A stretch of DNA of 63,370 nt, the filler included, from Octopus bimaculoides (Eukaryota): assembly GCF_001194135.2 (NCBI RefSeq). It is 4 parts of 4 records of this genome, joined end to end, with 100 filler letters (N's around TTAATTAATTAA, not from the genome) between each part and the next. Parts side by side here need not be neighbours in the genome. Positions count along the whole stretch, not along the records: positions 1 to 28,187 come from NC_068986.1; 3 more parts are not named here. One strand, given 5' to 3'. Position numbers and translations under genes: made by a program. Below, piece after piece: positions 10,125 through 22,980 of this stretch. How positions within the stretch are numbered: the first letter of the stretch is position 1; each line of letters begins with the position of its first letter. A model generated the notes under the pieces. That model had not been told where the DNA came from and did no database searches. It saw nothing but the letters and a program-made list of their open reading frames with translations.

Positions 10125-12056
10125 ATGGATTTACCAAAGAAATAGATATGAAATTTGGCTTAGAAAAATGTGCCAAAGCAACCTTGAAAAGAGGAAAACT
10201 AGTTAAGAGTAGCAACATCACACTAGATAGAGCCAAAGAATTAAGAGAATTAGACCAAAGCCAGACACAAATATTTAGGAATCAATGAACTAAATATGAT
10301 ACAACACACACAAATGAAAAAGAAAATAAAGAAAGAATACTATAGACGAGTTAGATCAATACTGAAAACAGCTCAATGACAAAACAAAATAATAGGTATT
10401 AACAGTCTAGCCGTTCCAGTTATAAGTTACAGCTACAATATCTTTAACTGGACACTAAATGAACTAACCAAAATAGACAAGAAAACAAGAAAAATGATGA
10501 CAGGATCTAGGATACACCACTCAAAATCTGACATAAAAAGGCTGTATATACAACGTATAAAATGTGGTAGAGGCCTTACACAGCTGAAAAACTATTATAA
10601 AATAACCACCATAGGACTGCAAAAATACCTACTTCAGAAGCAAGGAAAACTAATACAAATAGCCATAAAACACAAGCAAAACAAAAAACTGTTTTCAGTA
10701 TTTAAGGAAGCTGACAAATACAAACAAGAAGTCAAACTACCTAACAAATATGAAGAAAAAGAAGAAACAACAAATGAAATCTAAACTAAAACTAGAACAG
10801 CAACGCACCATGATAAAACGATGGCAAGAAAAGCCCCTTCATGGCAAACACTGAGCTAAAATAAATGCAAAAGAGATAGACATAGAAAAATCCCAGCAAT
10901 GGTTGAGAAGCTCAGGACACAAAGCAGAGATTGAAGGATTTTTAATTGCAGTACAAGACCAAAGCCTCCTCACCAGAAATTACCAAAAACATATAATGAA
11001 AAGAAGTATAACAAGTAACTGCAGAATATGTGGAGATGGACAAGAAACAATAGGAAAAAGGAATTTCAACCATGTTTCGTGGTCTGCTACCAAAACAGCT
11101 CCTTTATAGGATCCAGTTAGCTCAAGACATCATCAGGAGGAACCGCGTCCGGTTTCGGCCCCTACTCCTCTACCGTTTTGACGTGGCGGGGCCACCCCCT
11201 TTCGGAGGTGTCTTCAGCTCTGGTGTTGGGTGTATGTCTTCTTTCACTGTTTGTGACTGTTCTAATTCAACTGTGGAATGTCCCTCGCTATGGTTATTTT
11301 CCAGGAGGTTCTGGCCACACGTCTTACGGTTCATCAACCCGCGTTGTTGAATTACTTTCTTCCGACATACCTTCCCTTGGTGGATTAGGATCCAGCTAGC
11401 TGAAGACATCATCAGGAGGAACCACGTCCGGTTTCGGCCCCTACTCCTCTTGCCCAGTCCTGACTAAGAGGGAATATATTCATATACACGACAGAGTTGG
11501 TACCTACATACTGGAAGCTATGCCAATACTATGGAATTACAACAGAAAAAAGATGGTATAAGCACACGCCAGAAAAGGTCACAGAAAACGAGAAAGCAAC
11601 CATACTCTGGGATATGTCAATACACACAGATAGAGAAATTAAGACTAATAGGCCAGATTTAGTTGGCAGATCATGAAGAAAAAAATGCTTTCTAATTGAT
11701 GTATCAATACCAGCAGATGACAGCGTTTCTCTAAAAGAAATGGAGAAACTTTGAAAATACAAAGACCTGGAAATAGAGGTAACTCGAATGTGGAATCTAA
11801 AAACAGAAACAATTCCTATCATAGTGGGCACATTAGGTATGATAAAAAATATTCAAACAAATACATAACAAACACACCAGGACTTACAAATATATATTAC
11901 AGAAAATTGCACTACTGGGCACTGCACACATCCTTCGCAAAACACTTTCAATACAGTAACCATAAGAGCATCACAGCAAACCACAGCATATACCCAAGGC
12001 ACACAGAGCTGCGCTCGGTAGTGAAGGGAAAGCACATTATAAAAATAAAACTACTG
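10125..12056 (+). mobile_element. 5'-truncated R4/Dong-like RLE element ((AAT)n lineage, family 1)
   Basis: MKFGLEKCAKATLKRGK (RT motif 6); IKRLYIQRIKCGRGL; EIEGFLIAVQDQSLLTRNYQK; CRIC..ETI (CCHC, interrupted); ILWD.SIHTDREIKTNRPD; KYKDLEIEVTRMWNLKT..IVGTLG. Many stops and frameshifts. The 3' UTR ends in AATAATAAT. Confidence 0.9.
11053..11450. mobile_element. ~400-bp GC-richer insertion with 63-bp direct repeats that disrupts the CCHC knuckle
   Basis: GGATCCAG(T/C)TAGCT(C/G)AAGACATCATCAGGAG..CGGCCCCTACTCCTCT occurs at 11109-11171 and 11388-11450. The host frame reads GQETI before it and CPVL..EY after it. Confidence 0.75.
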
Positions 12057-12074
12057 AATAATAATAAACAACTT

Positions 12075-12981
12075 GCTGGGATAACTAACCCACAGTGAGA
12101 AAACCTTGCTAGTGGCAGTTCGAGAAGAGGGTATACTGAGATCAGAGGGGAAAAAAGAACAAACCAAGAAAACCAAGAAGGGCCTAACAACAAACTACAT
12201 AATCAATTACGTGTAGTCACGTCTCCACAACTGAAGTTGCTAAATTACATAGATGAGTCTGGTTAAAAAAAGAAACATCTAAAAAGGGGTCTGAGAGCAC
12301 TATACTTGCAGTGCATGACCAAACTTCGGTCGCAAATTGGAAGGCCAGTTTTAAAAACGAGCAAATGTCTCCATTGTGCCGAATTTGCAATGGATTTGAT
12401 AAAACGACTGCTCATATTGAGAATCAATGTTCTAGACTTTCTCAAAACCAATATCAGTTTTGATGACCTGATCAGTTAGCAAAAGTTCTGTGGTGGAAAT
12501 TATGCGGAAAGTGGGGCTCAAAGGGAGGTAAGAAGATGTGGTATGATCACAAAGCACAGATTAAATGAATCAGAGACTTGCAAAACCTTGTGGGATTTCC
12601 CAATTTAGACAGTCCAGGTGTTTCGGTACAAGAAACCGACCTATTCGTGGTGGACGAAGTAAACTATACGTGCTCTATAATTCATATTGCATGTCCATTT
12701 AACCCTTAAATACGAGATAGCCTTGCTGTGGAAGAAGAAGAAATTGAAAATAGTGCCAATTATGGTTGGAGCCTTGAGGACTGTAGCAAACAGATATTAA
12801 GAGGAGTATAAAAGAAATGGGAATAGAGTGTCCGGTAAAGGTGTTTACCTCCTTATCAAAGGAAAGCGGTTTCGATCCCTGACTTAATATTATTTGAAGA
12901 AAACAATATGATACCGCAGATTACATCAAGCAAGCCTCTACTCATGCAAGATTCCAGGACTTCTAACAGAACCAGAGTTAA

Positions 12982-12985
<4 letters not shown>
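12075..12985 (+). mobile_element. 3' fragment of an R4/Dong-like element (family 2) inserted in the AAT tail of the previous element
   Basis: Homologous to 34430-35365 (LLVAVREEG; PLCRIC..H; DQLAKVLWWKLCGKWG; LWDFPI; KIVPIMVGAL) and has a similar 3' UTR (GCAAGC..CATGCAAGA..CAGGA). Ends in (AAT)n at ~12984-13040. Confidence 0.8.
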
Positions 12986-13043
<58 letters not shown>

Positions 13044-13074
13044 TAATGATGATGATGATGGTGATAATAATATT

Positions 13075-13285
13075 CTTTCTACTATGAGCAAAAGGCCAGA
13101 AATTTGCGGTGAGTGGGGCTCGTCGATTACATCAACTCCAGTGCTCAACTGGCACTTATATCATCGACCCCGACAATATGAAAGACAAAGTCGACCTTGG
13201 TGGAATTAGAGCTCAAAACGTAAAACCGGAAGAAATGCCACGAAACATTTTGTCCAGCGTGCTAATGACTGTACCAGTTCGCCGC
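13075..13285 (-). mobile_element. Type A SINE
   Basis: Reverse complement of the type A head and body (GGCGAACTGG..TTAGCACGC..CAAGGTCGACTTTG..GGGGTCGAT). Confidence 0.65.
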
Positions 13286-13301
13286 CTTAATAATAATAAT
13301 G

Positions 13302-13335
<34 letters not shown>

Positions 13336-13585
13336 CGATGATGTTGATGGTGTTGTTGATGATGATGATGATGATGATGATGATAATGATTATGATGATT
13401 ATGATGATGATGATCTAATAAAAATTTACATTAAGGTTCAACCAGTTTTACGTCATAGATCAGTATATTTACTCCGCTTGTGTCTCAGTTTACTCACGCT
13501 TTCAATATGTCGATTCATCAAATTACACGCAAATATTTTCATTTCCATAATTTCATTTTCCTTTATTCTTTATTCTTATTTCAAG

Positions 13586-13604
13586 GGGAGTTTCTTGTTT
13601 GCCA
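13586..13604 (+). other. Candidate 19-nt micro-exon
   Basis: Long pyrimidine tract ending TTATTTCAAG, then GGGAGTTTCTTGTTTGCCA, then GTAAGT. It lies in non-repeat sequence. No protein identity. Confidence 0.2.
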
Positions 13605-14022
13605 GTAAGTCAATAACAGTCGATACTAACACGGTGGTTTCGACTGACACAGCAGGCAACATACCACTATAGTGTGAGTGGTATTGTTGCTACCACTACA
13701 GCTCCGCAATCAATACCACTGCATTGCTAACGACGAACAATGTCATATAATGACGTCATAGTGGAGTTACGTTACATCGAAGTTTTGTGGTCGGGGCGGT
13801 GGAAGTTCATCAAAGGAAAGCGGTTTCGATCCCCGACTTAATCCATTTCAATTTACGATAATGCGTCACATTTATAAGGAAAAGCATGAATGTCATAAAA
13901 TCCGATACCGCTTCTTTTAGAATAGTGTGATTTGCATGGTCAGAATATATAAGAAAATGAACTAAATATTTTAAGGAGTTCGTATCCGTCAGCCATCGAT
14001 TCTTCATTTCATCCCTCTTGGG

Positions 14023-14054
<32 letters not shown>

Positions 14055-14164
14055 TGCATGAATGTATGTATGTATGTATGTATGCATGTATGTCTGTACG
14101 TCTGCATGTGTGTATGTATGTATGTATGGTTGTATGTATGTATGTATGTATGTATGTATGTATG

Positions 14165-14239
<75 letters not shown>

Positions 14240-14579
14240 ATATNNNNNNNNNNNNNNNNNNNNNNNNNNNNNNNNNNNNNNNNNNNNNNNNNNNNNNNNN
14301 NNNNNNNNNNNNNNNNNNNNNNNNNNNNNNNNNNNNNNNNNNNNNNNNNNNNNNNNNNNNNNNNNNNNNNNNNNNNNNNNNNNNNNNNNNNNNNNNNNNN
14401 NNNNNNNNNNNNNNNNNNNNNNNNNNNNNNNNNNNNNNNNNNNNNNNNNNNNNNNNNNNNNNNNNNNNNNNNNNNNNNNNNNNNNNNNNNNNNNNNNNNN
14501 NNNNNNNNNNNNNNNNNNNNNNNNNNNNNNNNNNNNNNNNNNNNNNNNNNNNNNNNNNNNNNNNNNNNNNNNNNNNNNN

Positions 14580-14612
<33 letters not shown>

Positions 14613-14699
14613 TTATTTATGTTAAGCGCATTACTATACATAAATGCCTCACGCTACATAGTACATAGAGTTGTTCACTCTTATATATCTATGTAAGAG

Positions 14700-15560
14700 G
14701 CGAGCTTTTCGAATTGCATCTCGGTACACGTGGTGTGGATGTCTGTCTTCGTATCTGTCAATTTTAGCGTTTGTTTCACCATGACTACACTAGTGGGCAG
14801 GATTTTCGAGTAATGAGAGTCGCCCATCCACACGCTACTTTGTCATCTCTACGGTGCAACATCCTGTGGTTTCTCTTCTACAGACTCCATTCATTTTCAA
14901 CGTGTAAGTCTACTTTATACAGCAAACTTCCTACACACTTATCACGTACTCATAACAGTGTAGTCTTCTCTCTTATACATTACATCTAACTCCTCTTAAG
15001 CTTAGTTTTTCTCTTATCTCATTTCTACTCTGTCGTTACTGCACACTCATATTACTCATCCAGCGGAATATGTCTCGTTTAATTACTTTATAGGCATAGC
15101 AAATCCTTTGCATTCAAGGTCCACACCTCACTACATCACTTGTCATGCACAAGCACCATACAATCTAGCCTTCACTCTGAAGAAGAGGCCCTTTGTTGCT
15201 CGCAGACATAACAAATTCCTGAACTTCTTCCATCCCGTTCCTATTGTGGCTAACATGCTTTCAGGGACATCCACTCCCGAAACTAATTATATCACCAAGG
15301 TAACAGAAACTATCAACTATTCCTAGAGAGCCGCTTCAGCATTTGAAACAGTATATTTCATATATGCTCTTAGTGTTCTCTCTGAGCATCTGGTGCACTT
15401 GAAGTCTGTCTTCTCTGTTAGCCTACTTGTGATCCCTATACATCTTTTGTGCGTCCATTGTTTACACTTTGTACTTCGTATTGAATTCCTACATGCTTCT
15501 CTTTTACATATCGAGCATAGACTTGTAGTCTTTCCTACTTCCTAATGTTTTAGTCTTTCC
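14700..15560 (-). mobile_element. RTE-clade LINE fragment (late RT with PHD-like insert to 3' end)
   Basis: CSICKREACRNSIRSTKCKQWTHKRC..FKCTRC; IVDSFCYLGDII; GWKKFRNLL; FRVKARLYGAC; IFRWMSN..IREKLSLRGVRCNV*ERRLH. Homologous to 39192-40850. Confidence 0.8.
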
Positions 15561-15619
15561 TAAATTTACTGTGCGGTTTCAAGATTCTAGAATATCCGGA
15601 TTGACCTCATTAATTCTAC

Positions 15620-16690
15620 AACATGAACATGAAGCACTTTTTAGCTGCATAGAACCCGTTGGTTTTTATATCATTTCTATATAGTTTACATCTTTTGAAC
15701 ATCCTCCGCTTGATGTTGAATGCGATCTATCAAAGTTCAAACATAAATGGATAATTTTAGCGCATCCTTGTTTCCCATATTGCTGAAAGAATAAATGTGG
15801 TCGAAGTGTCTTTATTTGAATTTGCTTCCACTATAACGCCATAGTGTTTATGTGTAGTGCTTAAATGTAGTTTAGCTGCGGTGACTTCTGCCTCATAAAT
15901 AATTGCTTCGGAGTTGGCTGACTGATTAACGAGGTTATACATTCGTATTTATGCATAGGTAGTTAACTTCAATGAATTTCGTTAGCAAACTGTTAAGTTT
16001 TTCATCTCCGTGGTACACCAGTAACTCTACTAAATAATCATCTGCACCGGTGGCTCATGGGGAAATCTATATTAAGGTGAGGAATTTTTAGGTATTTCAA
16101 ATTACATTTAAGAAAAAGTTATAAGTGAATGTTATATTAGAGAGTATTACCTTTTGCTATTGCGGGGCGGGGTTTAGAGTTTATTTTTTTGGTGAAGGTA
16201 AATGGGGGATAATGTTTCTGAATCCGATAGTTTCTAGCGCCATATTGTGGTACGATGTAACACTGTCGAAAATTTCTTTATTCAGTGACAAACTGGAGAG
16301 TCTTCTACTGATATCTTTAAAAGAGGTTTCTGAAAACTCTATGATGGTGGCAGGGTTCTATATTAATATATCTGAATTACTCATTAAGTTTGCTGTTAGA
16401 GTTACATTTGTCTAAGGTGAGGATAGTGTTAAGGAATTTACGTTACTTTATTGCTGATAGTCACTTGTTGACCGAAATTACCGAAGGTGTTAATAGGTAA
16501 TCTCTAAATATATAATTGAGTTTAATGTGTTCGTTTGCTTGCTGGGCTATAGCCAAGCCTATTGTTTCTATCTCAGTCTACATCTATTGTTGACGTCAAA
16601 CGACTCTGTGGGTTTAAGTTGTGAAAAATCTAGACAGATTATTTGTTTAAGAACAGTTTCCGTGGCATAATATCTATATCTTTACCTCCT
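15620..16690 (-). mobile_element. Highly degenerate Penelope-like element (Neptune-like): RT remnant, thumb and GIY-YIG remnant
   Basis: FDV (cf. FDVTMGS); ISRRLSSLSLNKEIFDSVTSYHNMALETIGF; IIYEAEVT..HYG (GIY-YIG-like); KFK*RHFDHIYSF..LSIYV*TL; FNIKRRMFKRCKL. Confidence 0.6.
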
Positions 16691-16715
16691 AAAATTGAAT
16701 GTATATAATATTCAG

Positions 16716-16790
16716 TGCCACGTAGTGGGACTAAACCCGGAACCTTGTGGTCGGTAAGCATGCTACTTACCACACAGCCACTCCAGCGCC
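16716..16790 (-). mobile_element. Head of a type B tRNA-derived SINE
   Basis: Reverse complement GGCGCTGGAGTGGCTGTGTGGTAAGTAGCATGCTTACCGACCACAAGGTTCCGGGTTTAGTCCCACT; matches 27334 onward. Confidence 0.8.
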
Positions 16791-16799
16791 TATATATTA

Positions 16800-19150
16800 A
16801 AGATATTTTTTAATCCACATCATTAACTATTATTATTACGCTTGGATACTGCGAATGCTTTATCCTGTTTGTTCATGTTGAATTTTGCCTTTGTTAATAA
16901 TTTCTTTAGTTTGTGTGGTTGTGTCTGATTAGTTATGCTTTTTTTTTTAATTATTCACTTTATCTTATGGTTGGTAAATTTGTTTGATGATGTTAAAAAT
17001 GTTTTGGTGATGCGGATTATGTGTTACTATTGTGTTCCGTTAATGGGTTCGAGTTCTCGTGTTGCCCTAAGTTGTTCTATAGGTATCTCTTTTGCTCGTT
17101 GTATGCTATTTTCTATAAGTAGGAGAGGGTAATTTTGCTTGAGCAGAAATACTTTGAGTTCTATAAGTCGTATGTTCCTGGTATTTGGATCATTTACTAT
17201 AGTACAAATTTCTTTGGCTACACTGTGCAGGATGTTGCGTTTTGTGTGTGTTGGGTGGTATGATTTGAAATGTAGGCACTGGTCTGTATCTGCTTTTGTA
17301 ATTTTATGATTTTGTGTTTTGTAACTTTGTGATTTTGTGATTGTGGTGTCGCTTTTAATTACCATTATACCCAGAAATGGTAATTCAGTGTTTCTCATTT
17401 CTCTTGTGAATTTGAGACTAGGGAGTAGATTGTTGAGGAGGGTGCTGAATTGCTCCAGATTTTGTAGGGAGTTGGTCCAAATTAAGAAACAATCATCGAG
17501 GTATCTTTTCCATTTATCCTCTATATGTCTTCTAAAGATAATGCCGTAGTTCTCTTAATTTTTTTTTTTTTTTTTTAGTATTTGTTCCAAGTATCTCAAT
17601 ACTAAGTTCGCGAAAACTGGAGCAAATCGCGTCCCTATAGATGTGCCTCGAATTTGGAGGTAGTTTTTTTTGCGTTGAAAAGAAATGTATTGTTTTCGAG
17701 GATGAGACTGACCGCGTCTAGTATGAAGGTTACAGTAAATCTACCGGGAATCGCTTCTCTATGTTTCTCGACCCAATATTTTATGGTAGTAATTCCCAAA
17801 TCATGTGGAATGTTGGTATATAAGTTTGTTACATCAAAACTAACAGTGAATTGAACTCCGTTGTTTACGCAGATGTGACAGGAAATCAATGTCTGAAACT
17901 GGGTATGTGACTACATAGTGGTTTTAGGATAACGTCAATGATGTTGCTCAGATGATGTGTAGGACATGCTGGACCAACTATAATGGGTCTTAGTTTAAGG
18001 TCTTTTGGTTGTAGTAGCTTTATGTATTCACTACCTTGTTCCTTTATAGCGCTTTGTATATCTTTTGACCTATGAGTTTTAGGTAAGCCATAGAAGTTGC
18101 TGGATTTCGGCTCAAAATTAATATAGTCCTTTCATTAGATGTGAGGGAGTTATAATGTTTGGAGATAAAATAATTGAGTTGGTGGTCAATATTCAAGGGT
18201 AACTCATGGTAGTACATTGTATCCTTCAAATAATCTTCAGCTAGATCCCGGTAATATTCCGTATCCATTATAACAATGGCACCCGCTTTACCCGCTTGTT
18301 TGATGACAACTGTATTGTAATTTTTAAGACGTATAAGGGCAGACTTTTCTAGTTTTGAAATGTTTGGTCTGACGTTGATGTTATGCCTCAGTGGAAATCT
18401 GGAGGGGATGTCAATGAACTGATCTAGATGTGTATTTCGTCCTATTGGCGGGTTAAATTTTGATTTATTTTTCGCCAAGGATTCGTCATTCTCATTATTT
18501 TTATCAGTAAAAACTCCACAAGTTGTAGTTTCCGACAAAAGTTTTGGATATCTTCCTCCAATTCCTGATGGTTGACTGTAGGTGTAAGTGTGGATTTTAG
18601 TCCGTTCATCAAAAACCGTAGTTCGTCACTGTCTATATTTCTTTTTGACAGATTAATAATTTTAAGGTCTATCCTATCAGCTGTTTTACAATTGTTTCTT
18701 CTCGGACTTTTCATTCTCTAGTATTTACTGTCCTGACCCTAAAAAATAGATTCTTTTTTGTTTATTATTTCTTCCAATACTAACATCTTTCCTCTAGTGA
18801 GCTTTGTATTTTGGTTGTGGTGTTTGGTTAGGTATGTTTTATTTTTTCTCTTGTTCCTAAGTATAATTTCGATAATTTCGTTGTCCACCGTTTCGTATTT
18901 TGTCTTGAATCGATACTCTTTACTTTGGTCGATAAAGATGTCTGTCCTCAATTTTGACATACTCAGCGCCCATCTTAGTTTTGTTTATTCCTCCGGTTCT
19001 CCTATAATTTCTTTAATTAAGAATTTGCATGGAAGTATGGGTACGTCTGACTCATTCCAATCTGTGTATATCTCAGAATATTTTTTACATTTGTATGCCT
19101 TCCAAAAATTTTGTTTACGTATATTAAGATGGTTTTTCCATGTCATCCAA
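16800..19150 (-). mobile_element. Penelope-like element (Poseidon-like) pseudogene: N-terminal domain, RT and linker; GIY-YIG missing
   Basis: IINLSKRNIDSDE..GLKSTLTP; FNPP..NISKLEKSALIRLK..VIKQAGKAGAIVIMD..Y; VSFDVTNLYTNIPH; GTRFAPVFANL; RYLDDCFLIW; LPFLGIMV; QCLHFKSYHPTHTKRNI; LKKLLTKAKF. Broken by stops and frameshifts. Confidence 0.9.
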
Positions 19151-19234
19151 ATGTATACAAACATTACAATATTCGCTTATATATACATATATACAACCTA
19201 ACGGCTTAAACACACAGTCATTAGCAACACGCAC

Positions 19235-19528
19235 CTAGAAAGTTCCCCTCCGAGGCACAAGTCCGGCCAAGGTTGTTTGTGGAAGACCAGCAATCACCCA
19301 TGCATACCAGTCTCCCTTCTCCACGCCACCGATGTTGTCGAAAGGAAAGGCAAAGGCCAATACAGCTTGGTGCCAGAGACGTCGCAACTCATTTCTACAG
19401 CTGAGTAAACTGAAGCAACGGGAAATAAAGTGTCTTGCTCAAGAACACAACACATAGCTTGGTCCGGGAATCGGACTCACAACCTCACGATTGTCAGCCA
19501 TGCTCTAACCACTGAGCCATGCGTTTTT
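19235..19528 (-). mobile_element. Type D tRNA-derived SINE with an RTE-like tail
   Basis: Head GCATGGCTCAGTGGTTAGAGC..GTCCGATTCCCGG; core TGTGTTCTTGAGCAAGACACTTTATTTC..CAGTTTACTCAGCTG. Confidence 0.75.
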
Positions 19529-19539
19529 ATGCACGCAAT

Positions 19540-19573
<34 letters not shown>

Positions 19574-19618
19574 ACGCACACGCACACATACACACTATGT
19601 CTGTCTGTCTCTCTCTGT

Positions 19619-19650
<32 letters not shown>

Positions 19651-19762
19651 TAATGTGTGTGTGTGTGTGTGTGCCTCTGTGTGTGTGTGCCTCTGTGTGT
19701 GTATGGCTCTGTGTGTGTGTGTGTGTGCCTCTGTGTGTGTGTGTGCCTCCGTGTGTGTGTAC

Positions 19763-19797
<35 letters not shown>

Positions 19798-20838
19798 TGT
19801 TACCTATATTGTTATATAGCACTGCCATCCAGGCTGCTGCATATCATTGTCATCTATATTTTAAAATCTTTTAGCAAATTCTCAGTCACTGAAAACTGGA
19901 GATCTGGAAATGGAAGCATTAAATTTAACATTACCGAATTAGGTAAAGTTGAGGTCATATTCATTATTATTATTCATATTAATAAACTTGCTTATATTAG
20001 TCGCAGTTTAATTTTTATTTCTCAACTGAAGGTTGTTTACTTTACTAATCTTCCTATTAATAAGATTAAGATATTCTAACTAATTAATCGGATCTTGGAT
20101 TTTCGCGGGATTAATTAATATACATATCAGTTTGGAGGCAAAATTCTCCCTATGTTTCATGACGAATGATTCATATTTAGCTAAACTGTTTTTTAATCTG
20201 CTGTATGATCAAACTCTATATATTTGCTTCAATACATGCGTTAATCTTTGTATAGTTACGAGTAACTTCATTAAGTAAGAGACACCTCTTACTTAAAAGT
20301 AAAACGCTTTATGGCGTAGATGCTAGTTCATATATGTTCATATATGAACTAGTTTCTACACCAGGAAAGTTTTGAATTTTCAGTAGAGGTAAACAACCTT
20401 TCATATTTTCATTCCTTAATGTTTTAGGCATCAAAAGTCAAAATTTTTCGGCAGGTATTGTACAAGCAGAAAGTGATGTTGTATATTATACCTGAGGGGT
20501 CAAACTCCAAACGTTCTTGCTCTTTGATTCTTTAATTATGCTGCGTCACTCCTTTATATCGTAGTAGATAGGTAGATAGGTATGAATGCATGTGTGAATG
20601 TATGCATGTGCGTAAGTACGTACGTACGTATGTATGTATGTATGTATGTATGTATGTATGCATGTATGTATATATGCATGCATGTATGTGTTTATGTATA
20701 TATGTATGATGTATGTATTATGTAGATAGGTAAGTAGGTAGGTAGATTTCGATGATCTCAGAACCATAGAAGAAATCTTTCCAGCTTATTCATAAGATGA
20801 CAGGTAGGGAGGTTTTTTGTTGTATGTGTACACACACA

Positions 20839-20887
<49 letters not shown>

Positions 20888-20971
20888 GTCTGTCTGTCTG
20901 TCTGTCTGTCTGCCTGCCTTCTTGTCTGTTTATCTGTATATGTATGTGTGTGTGTATGTATGTATATATAC

Positions 20972-21004
<33 letters not shown>

Positions 21005-21594
21005 CATGCATATACATATAAATTTAGGATATAATTTATAGCGTATAAACGCTGGCAAATATGCACACACACACACACACATAAATATACATATAAACTG
21101 AGGATATAACTATAGCGTATAGGCGCTGGCATTCCAGCGCCCTTAATTATAATTAATTTTTTACAATTATATACTTAAAAATTGCATATACATATATATC
21201 TCTGTGTATGTATGTATGTATGTATGTATGTATGTATGTGTGTGTGTATGTATATGTTGTTCTACAACAATATGTGCCCAAGGCAGCAAGAAAGTGTGCT
21301 CTGTCTCAAAAATCCTAGCATCTTAAATGTCTCACATGATCTTGCAGCTGCTAATAAGATGGTATTATCACCGTTGGAATATAATATATCTAGTCGGTCA
21401 GGGGCGGCGGGGTCAGTGGCTTAACAAGACCACCACCACCACCACCACCGCCAACAACAAAAACAACAACAACAACAACGCCACCACCACCACCAACAAC
21501 AACAACAGCAACAGCAACAAGAACAACAAGAACAACAGCATCATCGTCATTCTATGCATGAAAGCATATCTGCATACTGATACTGAGAACTGTT

Positions 21595-21640
<46 letters not shown>

Positions 21641-22625
21641 TGTGTGTGAGTATGCTTGTGCAAGTATGAAGCAGTATGTGATATTGTTGTTTTGATATAA
21701 GCTGATATTTGTAATACACTCATGGTCATATACGCGCGCGCACACACATGCTCACACACAAACACACACGCGCATATACATACAAATACACACAACTACA
21801 TCTATATAAACACTAGACCAGAAGGTTTTTGCATCATTAGAACTATTTAGAGAGTCACGTGTTTCTTCCCCTTTGATCTCCTTTCTTGTCAGTGATGAGA
21901 AGAAANNNNNNNNNNNNNNNNNNNNNNNNNNNNNNNNNNNNNNNNNNNNNNNNNNNNNNNNNNNNNNNNNNNNNNNNNNNNNNNNNNNNNNNNNNNNNNN
22001 NNNNNNNNNNNNNNNNNNNNNNNNNNNNNNNNNNNNNNNNNNNNNNNNNNNNNNNNNNNNNNNNNNNNNNNNNNNNNNNNNNNNNNNNNNNNNNNNNNNN
22101 NNNNNNNNNNNNNNNNNNNNNNNNNNNNNNNNNNNNNNNNNNNNNNNNNNNNNNNNNNNNNNNNNNNNNNNNNNNNNNNNNNNNNNNNNNNNNNNNNNNN
22201 NNNNNNNNNNNNNNNNNNNNNNNNNNNNNNNNNNNNNNNNNNNNNNNNNNNNNNNNNNNNNNNNNNNNNNNNNNNNNNNNNNNNNNNNNNNNNNNNNNNN
22301 NNNNNNNNNNNNNNNNNNNNNNNNNNNNNNNNNNNNNNNNNNNNNNNNNNNNNNNNNNNNNNNNNNNNNNNNNNNNNNNNNNNNATATATATATACATAT
22401 GTATATAACATACATAAATACATGCGTGCGTGTATTCGTACGTACATAGATACACATTCATGCATTTTATACGTATGTATATATTCATAAACACATTTTC
22501 TTTTCTTTCGTATTGTAATGAATATTCTTGTCCATCATCCCATCATCGTCGCCTGAAAGAACACATCAAGCTGGCGAGAAGATTTCAGTAGCGAAGGAGT
22601 GAACTACAAGCTCCATACAAAGTTA

Positions 22626-22713
<88 letters not shown>

Positions 22714-22940
22714 TGTGTGTGTGTGTGAGTGTGTGTACATACATGTATAGATACATATGCATATATACATACACACACAAACACACATTCGCATACTCGT
22801 ATGATTTCTAGTTAGCTGCATTTAAATGTTAACTCTATCTTAACTGTCATCTATATATTTCAATTTATACATCTGCGCGAGTACATGTATATATGCAAGT
22901 GTATGTTTATATGTATTCATGAATGTGTGTGTGCGTGTAT

Positions 22941-22980
<40 letters not shown>

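Noticed and set aside
20490-20520. CCTGAGGGGTCAAACTCCAAACGTTC as a hammerhead
   Set aside because: Both core segments deviate (no CUGANGA, no GAAA) and stem I is absent.
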